From a virus, in IMG/VR virus record IMGVR_UViG_3300013286_000013, positions 9,189 to 73,188 of that record: DNA of 64,000 bases. One strand, written 5' to 3'. Position numbers and translations under genes: made by a program. The notes under the pieces are model-generated. The model searched no databases and had not been told where the DNA came from. It worked only from the letters and a program-made list of their open reading frames with translations. Positions 27,236 to 36,400 of the stretch are shown here, piece by piece (the first letter of the stretch is position 1; every line of letters begins with the position of its first letter).

Positions 27236-28333
27236 ATGGACGCATTCAAACAGTTAGTAGAGAGCGGAGTGATTAGCGAAGAAATTCGTACTGATCTAGA
27301 ATCTGCCTTCAACACTAAGATTCAAGAGAATCGCGACCAAGTAACCGCCCAACTAAGAGAAGAGTTTGCCCAACGCTATACACACGATAAAGGTGTGTTA
27401 GTAGAGTCAATCGACAAATTAGTAAGCGAACGCTTAGCCGCAGAGCTAGGTGAGTTTGCGCAAGATCGCAAGGCATTGGCAGAAACCAAAGCCGAGTACA
27501 AGCGCAGAATGACAGCTGATTCCAAAACAATGGAATCTTTTGTTATGACTCAGTTAGCCAAAGAACTTGTGGAATTTCAAAATGACCGCACAAAGGTCAG
27601 CGAGAATTTCCAAAAGATGGAACAATTCGTTATCAACGCATTGGCCAAAGAGATTTCAGAATTTGCACAAGACAAGAAAGATATAGTTGAAGCGAAAGTT
27701 AAACTGGTCCGCGAAGCCAAGAGCAAATTTGCAGAAGTCAAGAAAGAATTCATCAAGCGTAGTGCCAATCTTGTCAAAGAGACAGTTAGCCGTCAGCTAA
27801 CAACTGAGTTACATCAGTTGAAAGAAGATATCGAATCTGCTCGTACAAGCAATTTTGGTCGCCGTATTTTTGAAGCATTTGCACAGGAATTTCAACATTC
27901 GTATCTTAACGAAAAGTCTGAAACAAGTAGATTGTTAAAGATTGTAGATAAGAAAGAATTAGAAATTGCCGAAGCACAGGAAGCCGTTGCTAAAGTACAG
28001 GCCATTGCAGAATCTAAGGACCGCGAAATTCGCGTTACGAAAGATCTAATGGAACGTGCAAAAGTAATGAGCGAACTATTAGCACCTTTAAGTGCTGAGA
28101 AGAAGGGTGTAATGAGCGAATTGTTAGAGTCTGTACAGACTGGAAAATTAGCTAATTCATTCGACAAATACCTACCCGCAGTAATGGAAGGCGAAAGTCG
28201 TAAACAAAAGCAAGTTATTGCCGAAAGCAAGACACAAACTACTGTTACTGGCGATCGTGAGGTAAAAAATCAGCCTGAGGTAGGCTTTGACAACATTGTA
28301 GACATCCGCAAGTTAGCGGGTCTAGCAAAGTAA
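27236..28333 (+). CDS. Prohead scaffolding protein, gp22-like
   Basis: Long coiled coil between protease and major capsid; SD AAGGAG. Confidence 0.8.
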   Translation: MDAFKQLVESGVISEEIRTDLESAFNTKIQENRDQVTAQLREEFAQRYTHDKGVLVESIDKLVSERLAAELGEFAQDRKALAETKAEYKRRMTADSKTMESFVMTQLAKELVEFQNDRTKVSENFQKMEQFVINALAKEISEFAQDKKDIVEAKVKLVREAKSKFAEVKKEFIKRSANLVKETVSRQLTTELHQLKEDIESARTSNFGRRIFEAFAQEFQHSYLNEKSETSRLLKIVDKKELEIAEAQEAVAKVQAIAESKDREIRVTKDLMERAKVMSELLAPLSAEKKGVMSELLESVQTGKLANSFDKYLPAVMEGESRKQKQVIAESKTQTTVTGDREVKNQPEVGFDNIVDIRKLAGLAK

Positions 28334-28346
28334 AATTAAGGAGAAA

Positions 28347-29528
28347 ATGATGTCACAACTTCTGAACGAAAGATGGTCAGAAACCAAAGAAGCCCTATTA
28401 GAAGGGTTACAAGGGAACCGTCGTGCCTCCATGCAAACATGCTTGGAAAATACACGCCGTCACCTAATTGAAAGTGCAACAGCAGGTGCTACATCTGCAG
28501 GTAACGTTGCAACACTTAACCGCGTAATCCTACCAGTGATTCGTCGTGTTATGCCTACAGTTATTGCTAACGAAATCGTTGGCGTACAACCAATGACTGG
28601 CCCAGTTGGTCAAATCCATACTCTACGTGTTCGTTACGCAGATAATGGCTCTGACGTTACAGCTGGTGAAGAAGCATTGAGTCCATTCAAAATTGCTCAA
28701 GCCTATTCAGGTAACAATGATGCAACATATCCAAAGGCGCAGACAACAGCGGCTATGGAAGGTACACCAGGTAAGCGCATGAGCATACAAATCTTGAAGG
28801 CACCAGTCGAAGCCAAGTCACGCAAGCTATCAGCTCGTTGGACTTTCGAAGCCGCACAAGATGCACAAGCTCAACAAGGTATTGATATCGAAGCAGAAAT
28901 CATGGCCGCTTTAGCACAAGAAATTACTGCTGAAATCGACCAAGAAGTATTGGCTTCACTACGTAGTTTAGCAAGTGTCGAAGAAACATATGACCAGTCA
29001 TTAGTTTCAGGTACAGCTACATTCGTTGGTGACGAACATGCCGCATTGGCAATTCAGATCAACCGTGTTGCGAACAAGATTGCTCAACGCACACGTCGTG
29101 GCGCTGGTAACTGGGCTGTTGTAAGTTCACAAGCACTTACAATTCTTCAGTCTGCAACAACAAGTGCTTTTGCACGTACCACAGAAGGTACATTCGAAGC
29201 CCCTACAAACACCAAGTTTGTTGGTACATTGAATGGTGCAATGCGCATTTATGTTGACGCATATCTAAGCGACACAGGTCAAGATGCAAACCAAGTTCTA
29301 ATTGGTTATAAAGGTCCTAGCGAGGCAGATGCTGCCGCGTTCTATTGCCCTTATATTCCGTTGATGAGCTCTGGAGTTGTTCTAGATCCAGCAACATTTG
29401 AACCAGTAGTTGGCTTCTTAACACGCTACGGCTATGTTGAGTTGACAAATACAGCTTCATCATTGGGTAACGCCGCTGACTACCTAGGCAAAGTATCTAT
29501 TACTTCTGCCAACGTAAGCTTCAAGTAA
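28347..29528 (+). CDS. Major capsid protein, gp23-like
   Basis: VIRRVMPTVIANEIVGVQPMTGPVG, SRKLSARWTFEAAQD, AFYCPYIPL, TFEPVVGFLTRYG; probable maturation site LIE/SA. Confidence 0.97.
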   Translation: MMSQLLNERWSETKEALLEGLQGNRRASMQTCLENTRRHLIESATAGATSAGNVATLNRVILPVIRRVMPTVIANEIVGVQPMTGPVGQIHTLRVRYADNGSDVTAGEEALSPFKIAQAYSGNNDATYPKAQTTAAMEGTPGKRMSIQILKAPVEAKSRKLSARWTFEAAQDAQAQQGIDIEAEIMAALAQEITAEIDQEVLASLRSLASVEETYDQSLVSGTATFVGDEHAALAIQINRVANKIAQRTRRGAGNWAVVSSQALTILQSATTSAFARTTEGTFEAPTNTKFVGTLNGAMRIYVDAYLSDTGQDANQVLIGYKGPSEADAAAFYCPYIPLMSSGVVLDPATFEPVVGFLTRYGYVELTNTASSLGNAADYLGKVSITSANVSFK

Positions 29529-29551
29529 TCCAAGGCTTAAAAGCAAATAAG

Positions 29552-29574
29552 AAGGGCTCTTAGGAGCCCTTTTT
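29552..29574 (+). terminator. Intrinsic terminator after major capsid gene
   Basis: AAGGGCTC-TTAG-GAGCCCTT-TTT. Confidence 0.9.
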
Positions 29575-29585
29575 GTTGACCACAA

Positions 29586-29667
29586 TAAATACACTGTCCA
29601 ATCCGGACTTGTTGCGGTTTCCATCCGCGCAGTGGCTAGAACCCACATACATTAAGGAGAAATTAAA
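29586..29667 (+). promoter_or_regulatory. Late promoter TAAATA plus three-hairpin 5' leader
   Basis: TAAATA 29586-29591; GTCC/GGAC, GCGG/CCGC and GTGG/CCAC hairpins; SD AAGGAG. Confidence 0.6.
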
Positions 29668-30210
29668 ATGGCAAAAGGTATGAAAATCGCGAGAGCAAAT
29701 AGTCTACAAGTAGACCAAACAATCAGCCCAATTCAGTTTACGTATGCCGCAAGCACATCATCAAGTGCTACTGTATATCGTGGCGGTACAGGCGGATTTA
29801 CATCAGGCACAACAAGTCTAGTAATTTTAACAAATTACAAAACTGCCGCAGGTGTTGCAAAAAGTGACGGACAAATTACTCGTCAACGTGGAGCTTATCA
29901 GTTTATGTGTCAAAGCATTGCTGGTGGTGCCGCAACACTGACACGTTGTACATTAGTTGGCGGTGCAAGCCAGCCAACATTGGCCGCAAGTCAAATGTCT
30001 ATTAAAGCAGTTAGTCCAACTGGCATATTGTTTTATGCAACACGTATTACAGATCGCTATGTCTGGAATGGCACAACACGTTATCCATATGTGCTAGGTA
30101 CAACAGCCGCTGTAACATACGTTGATTCAACATCAACAACTGGCGTTGTACTTACAAATTCTGTAGGTGGAACAGCAGACGACGTCTACGCAATCGTAGA
30201 AGGCGCTTAA
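29668..30210 (+). CDS. Late virion structural protein, possible head decoration
   Basis: 180 aa, Thr/Ala/Gly-rich; own promoter, strong SD and terminator directly after the capsid gene. Confidence 0.6.
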   Translation: MAKGMKIARANSLQVDQTISPIQFTYAASTSSSATVYRGGTGGFTSGTTSLVILTNYKTAAGVAKSDGQITRQRGAYQFMCQSIAGGAATLTRCTLVGGASQPTLAASQMSIKAVSPTGILFYATRITDRYVWNGTTRYPYVLGTTAAVTYVDSTSTTGVVLTNSVGGTADDVYAIVEGA

Positions 30211-30212
30211 TT

Positions 30213-30238
30213 AAAAGGACTCTTGGGAGTCCTTTTTT
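30213..30238 (+). terminator. Intrinsic terminator
   Basis: AAAAGGACTC-TTGG-GAGTCCTTTTTT. Confidence 0.9.
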
Positions 30239-30240
30239 GT

Positions 30241-30510
30241 ATGCTAGAAATAAAATCAAGTCTCGACTGGAATTCCGTAGAAACAGAAATTAAACGCCTT
30301 GGTAAAATGCTACCAATGTTCCAGCACGATATTAAACGACTGTGTGATACTGTGCGTCCCGAAATTGCAAAACTAAGTAATTTAGAAGTAGATCACAGGC
30401 GAGCGCACAGTACAGCTACACACAGATATTGCCAACAGCAAGTCCAAAAAATCAACGAAACTCTAAAACTTTTTCAGAAATTCCATTTAATGGCCTTACT
30501 TGCTCAGTAG
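30241..30510 (+). CDS. Hypothetical helical protein (89 aa)
   Basis: ATG 30241 preferred because the track start (TTG 30223) lies in the terminator loop; fills the gap to the next promoter. Confidence 0.55.
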   Translation: MLEIKSSLDWNSVETEIKRLGKMLPMFQHDIKRLCDTVRPEIAKLSNLEVDHRRAHSTATHRYCQQQVQKINETLKLFQKFHLMALLAQ

Positions 30511-30511
30511 G

Positions 30512-30517
30512 TAAATA
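30512..30517 (+). promoter_or_regulatory. Late promoter TAAATA, 5 nt before ATG 30523
   Basis: TAAATA-CTGGT-ATG; no SD. Confidence 0.65.
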
Positions 30518-30522
30518 CTGGT

Positions 30523-31197
30523 ATGCCAGAATTTTTCTATCCACGTTCAATAGTACAATATGCAGAATACCCTGAGATAAACGTCAGCTGGTCTAACAAC
30601 CAAAGCAATCACACAATAGTTGATACTCCTAGTTATAATCTCAATGATCCAACTACTGGTGCTGGAAGTTATAATGTAATTGGTACAACAAAACCTTTAA
30701 CACATGTTGCAAATCCCACACGTGGACCTAAGTTAGACAAGACATATTATTTGAAATGCACTAATTTCAACATAGGAAATCTGCCTAATACAGTAACAGG
30801 AATAACACTACATATCAGTAGTCAACGTAATCAAAAGATCATAGACGAAACCATCTGTTTGATTTATGATGGCGAAATCATCAGTGATAATAAAACAAAT
30901 CTTTCAGCAGGACACTACGGAGTTGAAGGACACATGAAGATTGAAAACGAAGCATCTTATGGAGGTCCTGGAGATTTATGGGGAGCTACCATTACCAAAA
31001 CCATGCTTCAAGATTCAAAATTTGGAGTACTGTTGAGATTCAGCAGTAACCCAATGCGTCCCCATAAAGAAGGGATGTCAATATATCAAATCGTTCTCGA
31101 AGTAGGCCCTAACAATTATTTTGTTTTTGAAGAAAATTTTGGTACTGAATTCGTTACAGAAGATGCAACGAATGAGTTAGTTTTTGTTAACGAGTAA
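30523..31197 (+). CDS. Hypothetical virion protein (beta-rich)
   Basis: 224-aa ORF with YGGPGDLWG..FGVLLRF; late promoter; structural context. Confidence 0.6.
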   Translation: MPEFFYPRSIVQYAEYPEINVSWSNNQSNHTIVDTPSYNLNDPTTGAGSYNVIGTTKPLTHVANPTRGPKLDKTYYLKCTNFNIGNLPNTVTGITLHISSQRNQKIIDETICLIYDGEIISDNKTNLSAGHYGVEGHMKIENEASYGGPGDLWGATITKTMLQDSKFGVLLRFSSNPMRPHKEGMSIYQIVLEVGPNNYFVFEENFGTEFVTEDATNELVFVNE

Positions 31198-31200
31198 AAA

Positions 31201-31206
31201 TAAATA
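31201..31206 (+). promoter_or_regulatory. Late promoter TAAATA
   Basis: Intergenic, upstream of SD AAGGA and ATG 31227. Confidence 0.6.
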
Positions 31207-31226
31207 AAGGGTAAAGGAATAATCAT

Positions 31227-32252
31227 ATGACTACAAATGTCGTTCGCGTACCGGGTAATTATGTAATACAAGCGTCACCTACTATCACGCTGGATCCCAG
31301 CGGAGGTACAGGCCTTAATACTGGTACCGTAGTCATTACTGGTAGTCTTAGTGTGCTAGGAAAAACAACAACTGTTGCGTCTACCAATGCACAAATCAAA
31401 GACAACGTATTAGTTTTAAACGCAGGCGAAACTAATTCATATGTTACGCTGGGTACTTCTGGATTTATTATTGACCGAGGTAACGAGGCAAATTTATCAA
31501 ATGCCGCTTCTCTTTTATATAATGATCAAGCAGGGCTTGACGGATTTACATGGCATACTTCGGATATCTCTGGAAGAGGTATTTTTGAATTCAAAGTCGC
31601 GGGCGGTGTAAGTGCCATACGTGTAAATGCAATTCGCATAGATGAAAACTCTGCTCCGCGAGTAGGTGGCTATCCTAGATTAAACTTTTTTGGAAGCGAC
31701 AACTCCGGTGCTGTTATCAGTGTTGCCGGAACAGCAAACTACGAAACTCGTGTTATTGACAAAGACGATATTCCGAACAAAGCATACGTTGACATTCAAA
31801 TTGCGGCAAACCAATCATCTGTTGACAATATTAGAAAAATTAAACAAGGTCCCGCAGGATCTGAAACTTTTGTACAGCTAAATGACATAAGTGTAACAGG
31901 ACAACCTAGCAATATCGTATTAGGTATTAATCAATTACCTGTTGCAACTATTAGTCAAGGATCGGTATTGTTTCCAGGATTGGCATTTACCAATCAAACT
32001 ATTACAGCGTTATCAGGTAGTGGAACGGCTGATCTTTACCTAGAACCAACAGGCAGTGGATCTGTTATCTTGCGTAAGGCACTGCGTATTACCAATCAAA
32101 ACTTGCCTCCAATATCAAATACAAACACAACTGCGATTTACACAACAGGAATCGTAGGAGCAGGTGGCACGGGAATCTATTACTTAAATAGTCTAGCATC
32201 GGGAGAATTCATATCTCGCAAACGTGCTATCATTTACGGATTAATATTTTAA
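31227..32252 (+). CDS. Virion structural/fibre-associated protein
   Basis: VITGSLSVLGKTTTVASTNAQIKDNVLVLNAGE..GFIIDRG motif is shared with modules of the giant fibres; DDIPNKAYVD. Confidence 0.65.
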   Translation: MTTNVVRVPGNYVIQASPTITLDPSGGTGLNTGTVVITGSLSVLGKTTTVASTNAQIKDNVLVLNAGETNSYVTLGTSGFIIDRGNEANLSNAASLLYNDQAGLDGFTWHTSDISGRGIFEFKVAGGVSAIRVNAIRIDENSAPRVGGYPRLNFFGSDNSGAVISVAGTANYETRVIDKDDIPNKAYVDIQIAANQSSVDNIRKIKQGPAGSETFVQLNDISVTGQPSNIVLGINQLPVATISQGSVLFPGLAFTNQTITALSGSGTADLYLEPTGSGSVILRKALRITNQNLPPISNTNTTAIYTTGIVGAGGTGIYYLNSLASGEFISRKRAIIYGLIF

Positions 32253-32261
32253 GGACAGGAC

Positions 32262-32591
32262 ATGGCAATAACAAGCAAACAAATAACAGTAGCTGGGAAC
32301 CCTCCAACACAGGTATACCAATCGAGTGGACAGAACGCAATCACTACCATGATCATCTGCAACACTTCAACATTAGTCAACACATTGATTGATATATATG
32401 TGGTATCAGCAGTAAGTGGATTTGCCGTTGGCCCGCAGACTCAAATTATCAATCAAGTACCAGTTCCTGCTACAGAGTCTTTTGTAATGGATACTGAAAA
32501 ATTTATCTTAGAAGATCAGGATAGCATCAGCGTTAGATCAAGTGCTGCCGGAGCTATCACTGTGACAATAAGTACCGTGAGTACAGCCTAA
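32262..32591 (+). CDS. Small virion structural protein, similar to 42276-42662
   Basis: TQVYQS..AITTMIICN..VPATESF..KFILEDQDSI pattern parallels TFVYTAP..IVLMANVAN..IPPQDA..KMIIESLDSV. Confidence 0.65.
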   Translation: MAITSKQITVAGNPPTQVYQSSGQNAITTMIICNTSTLVNTLIDIYVVSAVSGFAVGPQTQIINQVPVPATESFVMDTEKFILEDQDSISVRSSAAGAITVTISTVSTA

Positions 32592-33307
32592 TGAAATTCG
32601 TTAAACGTCTAGTCTTAAACAAATATCGTCCATCGAGTCAAAACTTTGTTGTTGAAATTAATGGAAAAGTCGTTACAGATTCTAAAGCAGAATTGCAACT
32701 TCCTTCCGGCTCTACAGCCCAGCGAGCAGAGACTTTTAACAACGGCCAGATTAGATACAATAAAGATTTCAATGAAATTGAAGCATACATAAATGGCGCT
32801 TGGGAGTTTTTAAGAACTCGTAGACAAGGTAACGTACAGTTTCAAACAGTGGGCACTGGCGATTATGTAAACTCAGTTTACGGGCCACTCAGTGTTCGCC
32901 TAGATCAAACAAAACCACAAAACGTAATGCTGTATGTTGAAAATGTATTTCAAGTCCCTACAGTAAATTACACATTGGTAAATGACTTTGTGCAGACAAA
33001 AGCCACTGTTGGTGTAACAAATCCGGGAGTTACAAATATTACTCTTGTTGATAAACTTGACATACAAGTAGGATCAGCAGTGGGAGGCGATGTAGGAATT
33101 GCTCCGGGAACAACCGTTCTCAGCGTGAGTACAAATACAAATGCAGTACGTCTAAGCTCTGCAACACTAGGGATTGTCAACGCAGGATCATTCTTGACAT
33201 TTACTTTCTCAACAGGAACTTATGCTGTATTCACCAGCCCTGTTCCAGCCAAGCCTATATACGCAATCCTTGGATTTGACGGTTACTATCCTCCTTTTAA
33301 TACTTAA
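32591..33307 (+). CDS. Virion structural protein
   Basis: LQLPSGSTAQR..GQIRYNKDFNEIEAYINGAW fibre-type motif; VENVFQVPTVNY. Confidence 0.65.
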   Translation: MKFVKRLVLNKYRPSSQNFVVEINGKVVTDSKAELQLPSGSTAQRAETFNNGQIRYNKDFNEIEAYINGAWEFLRTRRQGNVQFQTVGTGDYVNSVYGPLSVRLDQTKPQNVMLYVENVFQVPTVNYTLVNDFVQTKATVGVTNPGVTNITLVDKLDIQVGSAVGGDVGIAPGTTVLSVSTNTNAVRLSSATLGIVNAGSFLTFTFSTGTYAVFTSPVPAKPIYAILGFDGYYPPFNT

Positions 33308-33310
33308 TGG

Positions 33311-33406
33311 TAAATATATGTGATGCTGATTGCCAGCAGAACATACTGTGGTAAACCCGCAATGTAAGGTGGTTATCCGTGTAACACGGTGTATTGAGGA
33401 GCTTCT
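33311..33406 (+). promoter_or_regulatory. Late promoter TAAATA plus structured 5' leader
   Basis: TAAATA 33311-33316; hairpins 33324-33338, 33341-33365 and 33377-33389; SD GAGGA. Confidence 0.6.
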
Positions 33407-36400
33407 ATGGCCGTAGGTCGAATTACAGGCCCGTTACTTGCAAGTAATTTGCTACGTGACGGTATAAACTTAGCAGTTGAAACCAACTTGCTCTATCTTG
33501 ATGTGACAACAGGTCGCATCGGCATTAAGACGAACTCTCCGCAATACGATCTAGATGTAAATGGAACGGCCAATGTTGGCAGTATAATTGTTTTAAACAC
33601 ATCTACACTCGGTCTACTAACAGTCACAAAAACCGCAAGTAGCGGTACTATTGGATCTACACTAGGTCCCATTCACATAAAGCCTGCCCCTGGTAACGAA
33701 ATTAAATTAGATGCTGATACTCTAGTAAGTGGAAATCTACATGCTACGGGCGATATCACAGCAGATGGCAACATTGTTCTAGGCAATCAACTAGGTGTTG
33801 ATACTCTAACAGTTGGCGCAGAATTCCTTTCAAGCCTAATTCCAAAAACTCCAGGGACATATAATGTTGGCTCTCCCACTAACAATTGGAAAGATGGTTA
33901 CTATCAACAGATACAAGCCGGTAACCTAAGAGCCTACGGTAGTACGATTACCAATCTATTAGCCAGTCAAGGCATTAGTATAGAACCCAAAGGCGGTCCG
34001 CTAAATGTCTACGGTGAAATTCGCGTATGGGGACAAAATCCTTTAGGCACATCACCAGTAACAAAAAATCTACTGTATGTAACTGAAGATGGTAGTGATA
34101 CCAACGACGGCGGAGCCATGGATCCAAGTCGTGCTTGCCGTACAGTAAGTGGTGCAACTAAGAGTCCTTTATACAAAGAAGGTACAAGCATTAAAGTTTC
34201 GCCAGGTCTGTATAGAGAAAATAATCCCATCCTGATGAAACAATACACATCAGTAATTGGTTCAGATCTACGTACAACACTTATTGAACCAATGAACAAG
34301 ACTCAAGATCTATTCCACGTTCAATCAGGTTGTTACGTTGCACAGCTGATGATGTACAACGGCCGATCAGGAAGATTTCCTGGTGGTCCTGGTTATGCCC
34401 CCGGCACCAATAGAGGTGCCTATGCCACAGCATTTCCACCACAGGTTAACGGAACAAAGATTGACCTGTTCCACTCGCCATACATTCAAAACTGTACCAA
34501 CCAATCAGGTCCTTGGTTATATGACGGCACAATGTTTGTGCCTAACCAAACAATCCAAATTCCAGAAGCTGTCGGAACAGCTACATATCCTTCAAACACA
34601 ACAACATTTACTGTTACTTTAAGTACAGGATCTATCTATGTTGGCCAGTCGATCAACGGAGGGCCACCTGATCCTGGATTTCAAAATGCTCGAACACTGT
34701 TGTTGGCCAACAAGGCATTTATTCAAGAACAAACAGTTGCCTATGTTGATCAAACATACGGCGGCCCATTCCAATATAATGCAGTTAAGTGCGCCCGTGA
34801 TACAGGATTGATTGTTGACGGCCTAGGACTGGACTTGATCTATCAAGGTACAAGTCAATCAGTGTTCTCTGGTTTGCAATACTGGAATCAAACTGCTACT
34901 CCGACTCAGATTCCTGGAGAAGCAACAACAACCACAAACGCATTTAACTATATCAGCGGTCTTGCACAGCAGATTGTTAGAAATATTGTAATTGCGGCAC
35001 CTTATCAAAATACTCTAACACAGGTGACAAATCTTCCAGCCGGAGCAGTTGGTGATTCTACTCGAGTAGGATCGTTGTTTACAACTGTGACCAATATCAT
35101 TACCTACGGTACGGCTGGAATCACAGATAAGATTATCCCTAACGGTACTACTATTACTTCTAACACCAGTACCGTTGCCGCATATAATTTGTTACAGGCA
35201 AATAAGAATTTCTTAAAGTCAGAAGTAATTGCATGGATTACTGTTTTTAGTCCCGGCAGTTTTATCTACGATAAAAACAAGTGTAAAAGAGATCTTGGAT
35301 ATATCATAGACAGCATATCTTTTGATTTGCTACGTGGCGGAAATAGACAAGCTATTCAGGCTGGTACTCTATACTACGGGTACAGTAGCACCACTGCTAT
35401 TCCTAATGAAATTGCACAGACAACCATGGCTTATCAGTACATGAAGTCTGTGATTAGCTCAGTTGTTCAAAGCCAAAAGTTGGTGTCATTTTATCAGAGC
35501 GAAATTCCACAAGTATTAGATAATGTTAATCCTGGGTCAGCCGCCGCCGCAACAACTATCAGTTCTAATATTGATCTTATTACTCGATTAATTACAGTAG
35601 GACCAGCGGCTGCTCCTAGTCTAGTTCCTATCAGCTTAACTCAAACTTCAACAGCTGGACTATTAAATGCCTATGCATTGCTAAATGCAAATAAGAATTT
35701 TATCAAGGCAGAGGTTGTTGCCTATACAAATAGTCTACCTAACTTTGTTTACAATCAAGAAAAATGTAAAAGAGATATTGGTATTATTTTGGAAAACGTC
35801 AGCTTTGATGCACTGTTTGGAGGCAATGCCAAGGCTATCGAATCTGGGCTTGCTTATTTTGACGGAGTAAATTCTGTAATTGCTGGACAAGAAACACAGA
35901 GTGTTGGTGCGATCAATTATGTTAAATCATTGACCAACACAATTATTAATAACATGCGGGCTCCTAATTTAATAGGAACTACAGCAACGCATGCACAAGT
36001 TATTAATTATGCATTTCCTGGCGGAAGTGTAGCACAAGACTCTTTAGACAATGCCTACGACACTATTACAAATATAATCAATAATGGTCCAAGCGTTGCC
36101 CCAGAAAGTTTCTTAGGTTGCGCACCTGATCCTCATTATATGAGTGCAGAAATTCTGCTACAGACCAACAGAGCATTTATACAAGAAGAAGTAGTTACAT
36201 ATTTAAATAATCAATTCTTACCGTTCTCATTCAACTCAGCTAAGTGCTATCGCGATAGTGGACTAATTGTTGATTCAATCGCATTGGATTTATTATTCCC
36301 AACTGCAACAGACAGTCAAAGCAATTTTGCTGGACTACAATATTGGTCACAAAGCAGTTATACAGGATTGATTGCATCTCAAATAACTACCACTACCAAC

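Noticed and set aside
14442-29528. Inteins or introns in gp46, gp47, portal or capsid genes
   Set aside because: Lengths and motif spacing are normal, with no intein terminal motifs or frame breaks.
33341-33400. c-di-GMP-I riboswitch match suggested by GGTAAACCC
   Set aside because: Only the first few bases fit; the GNRA stem, CGCAAAGC junction and second stem of that family are absent.
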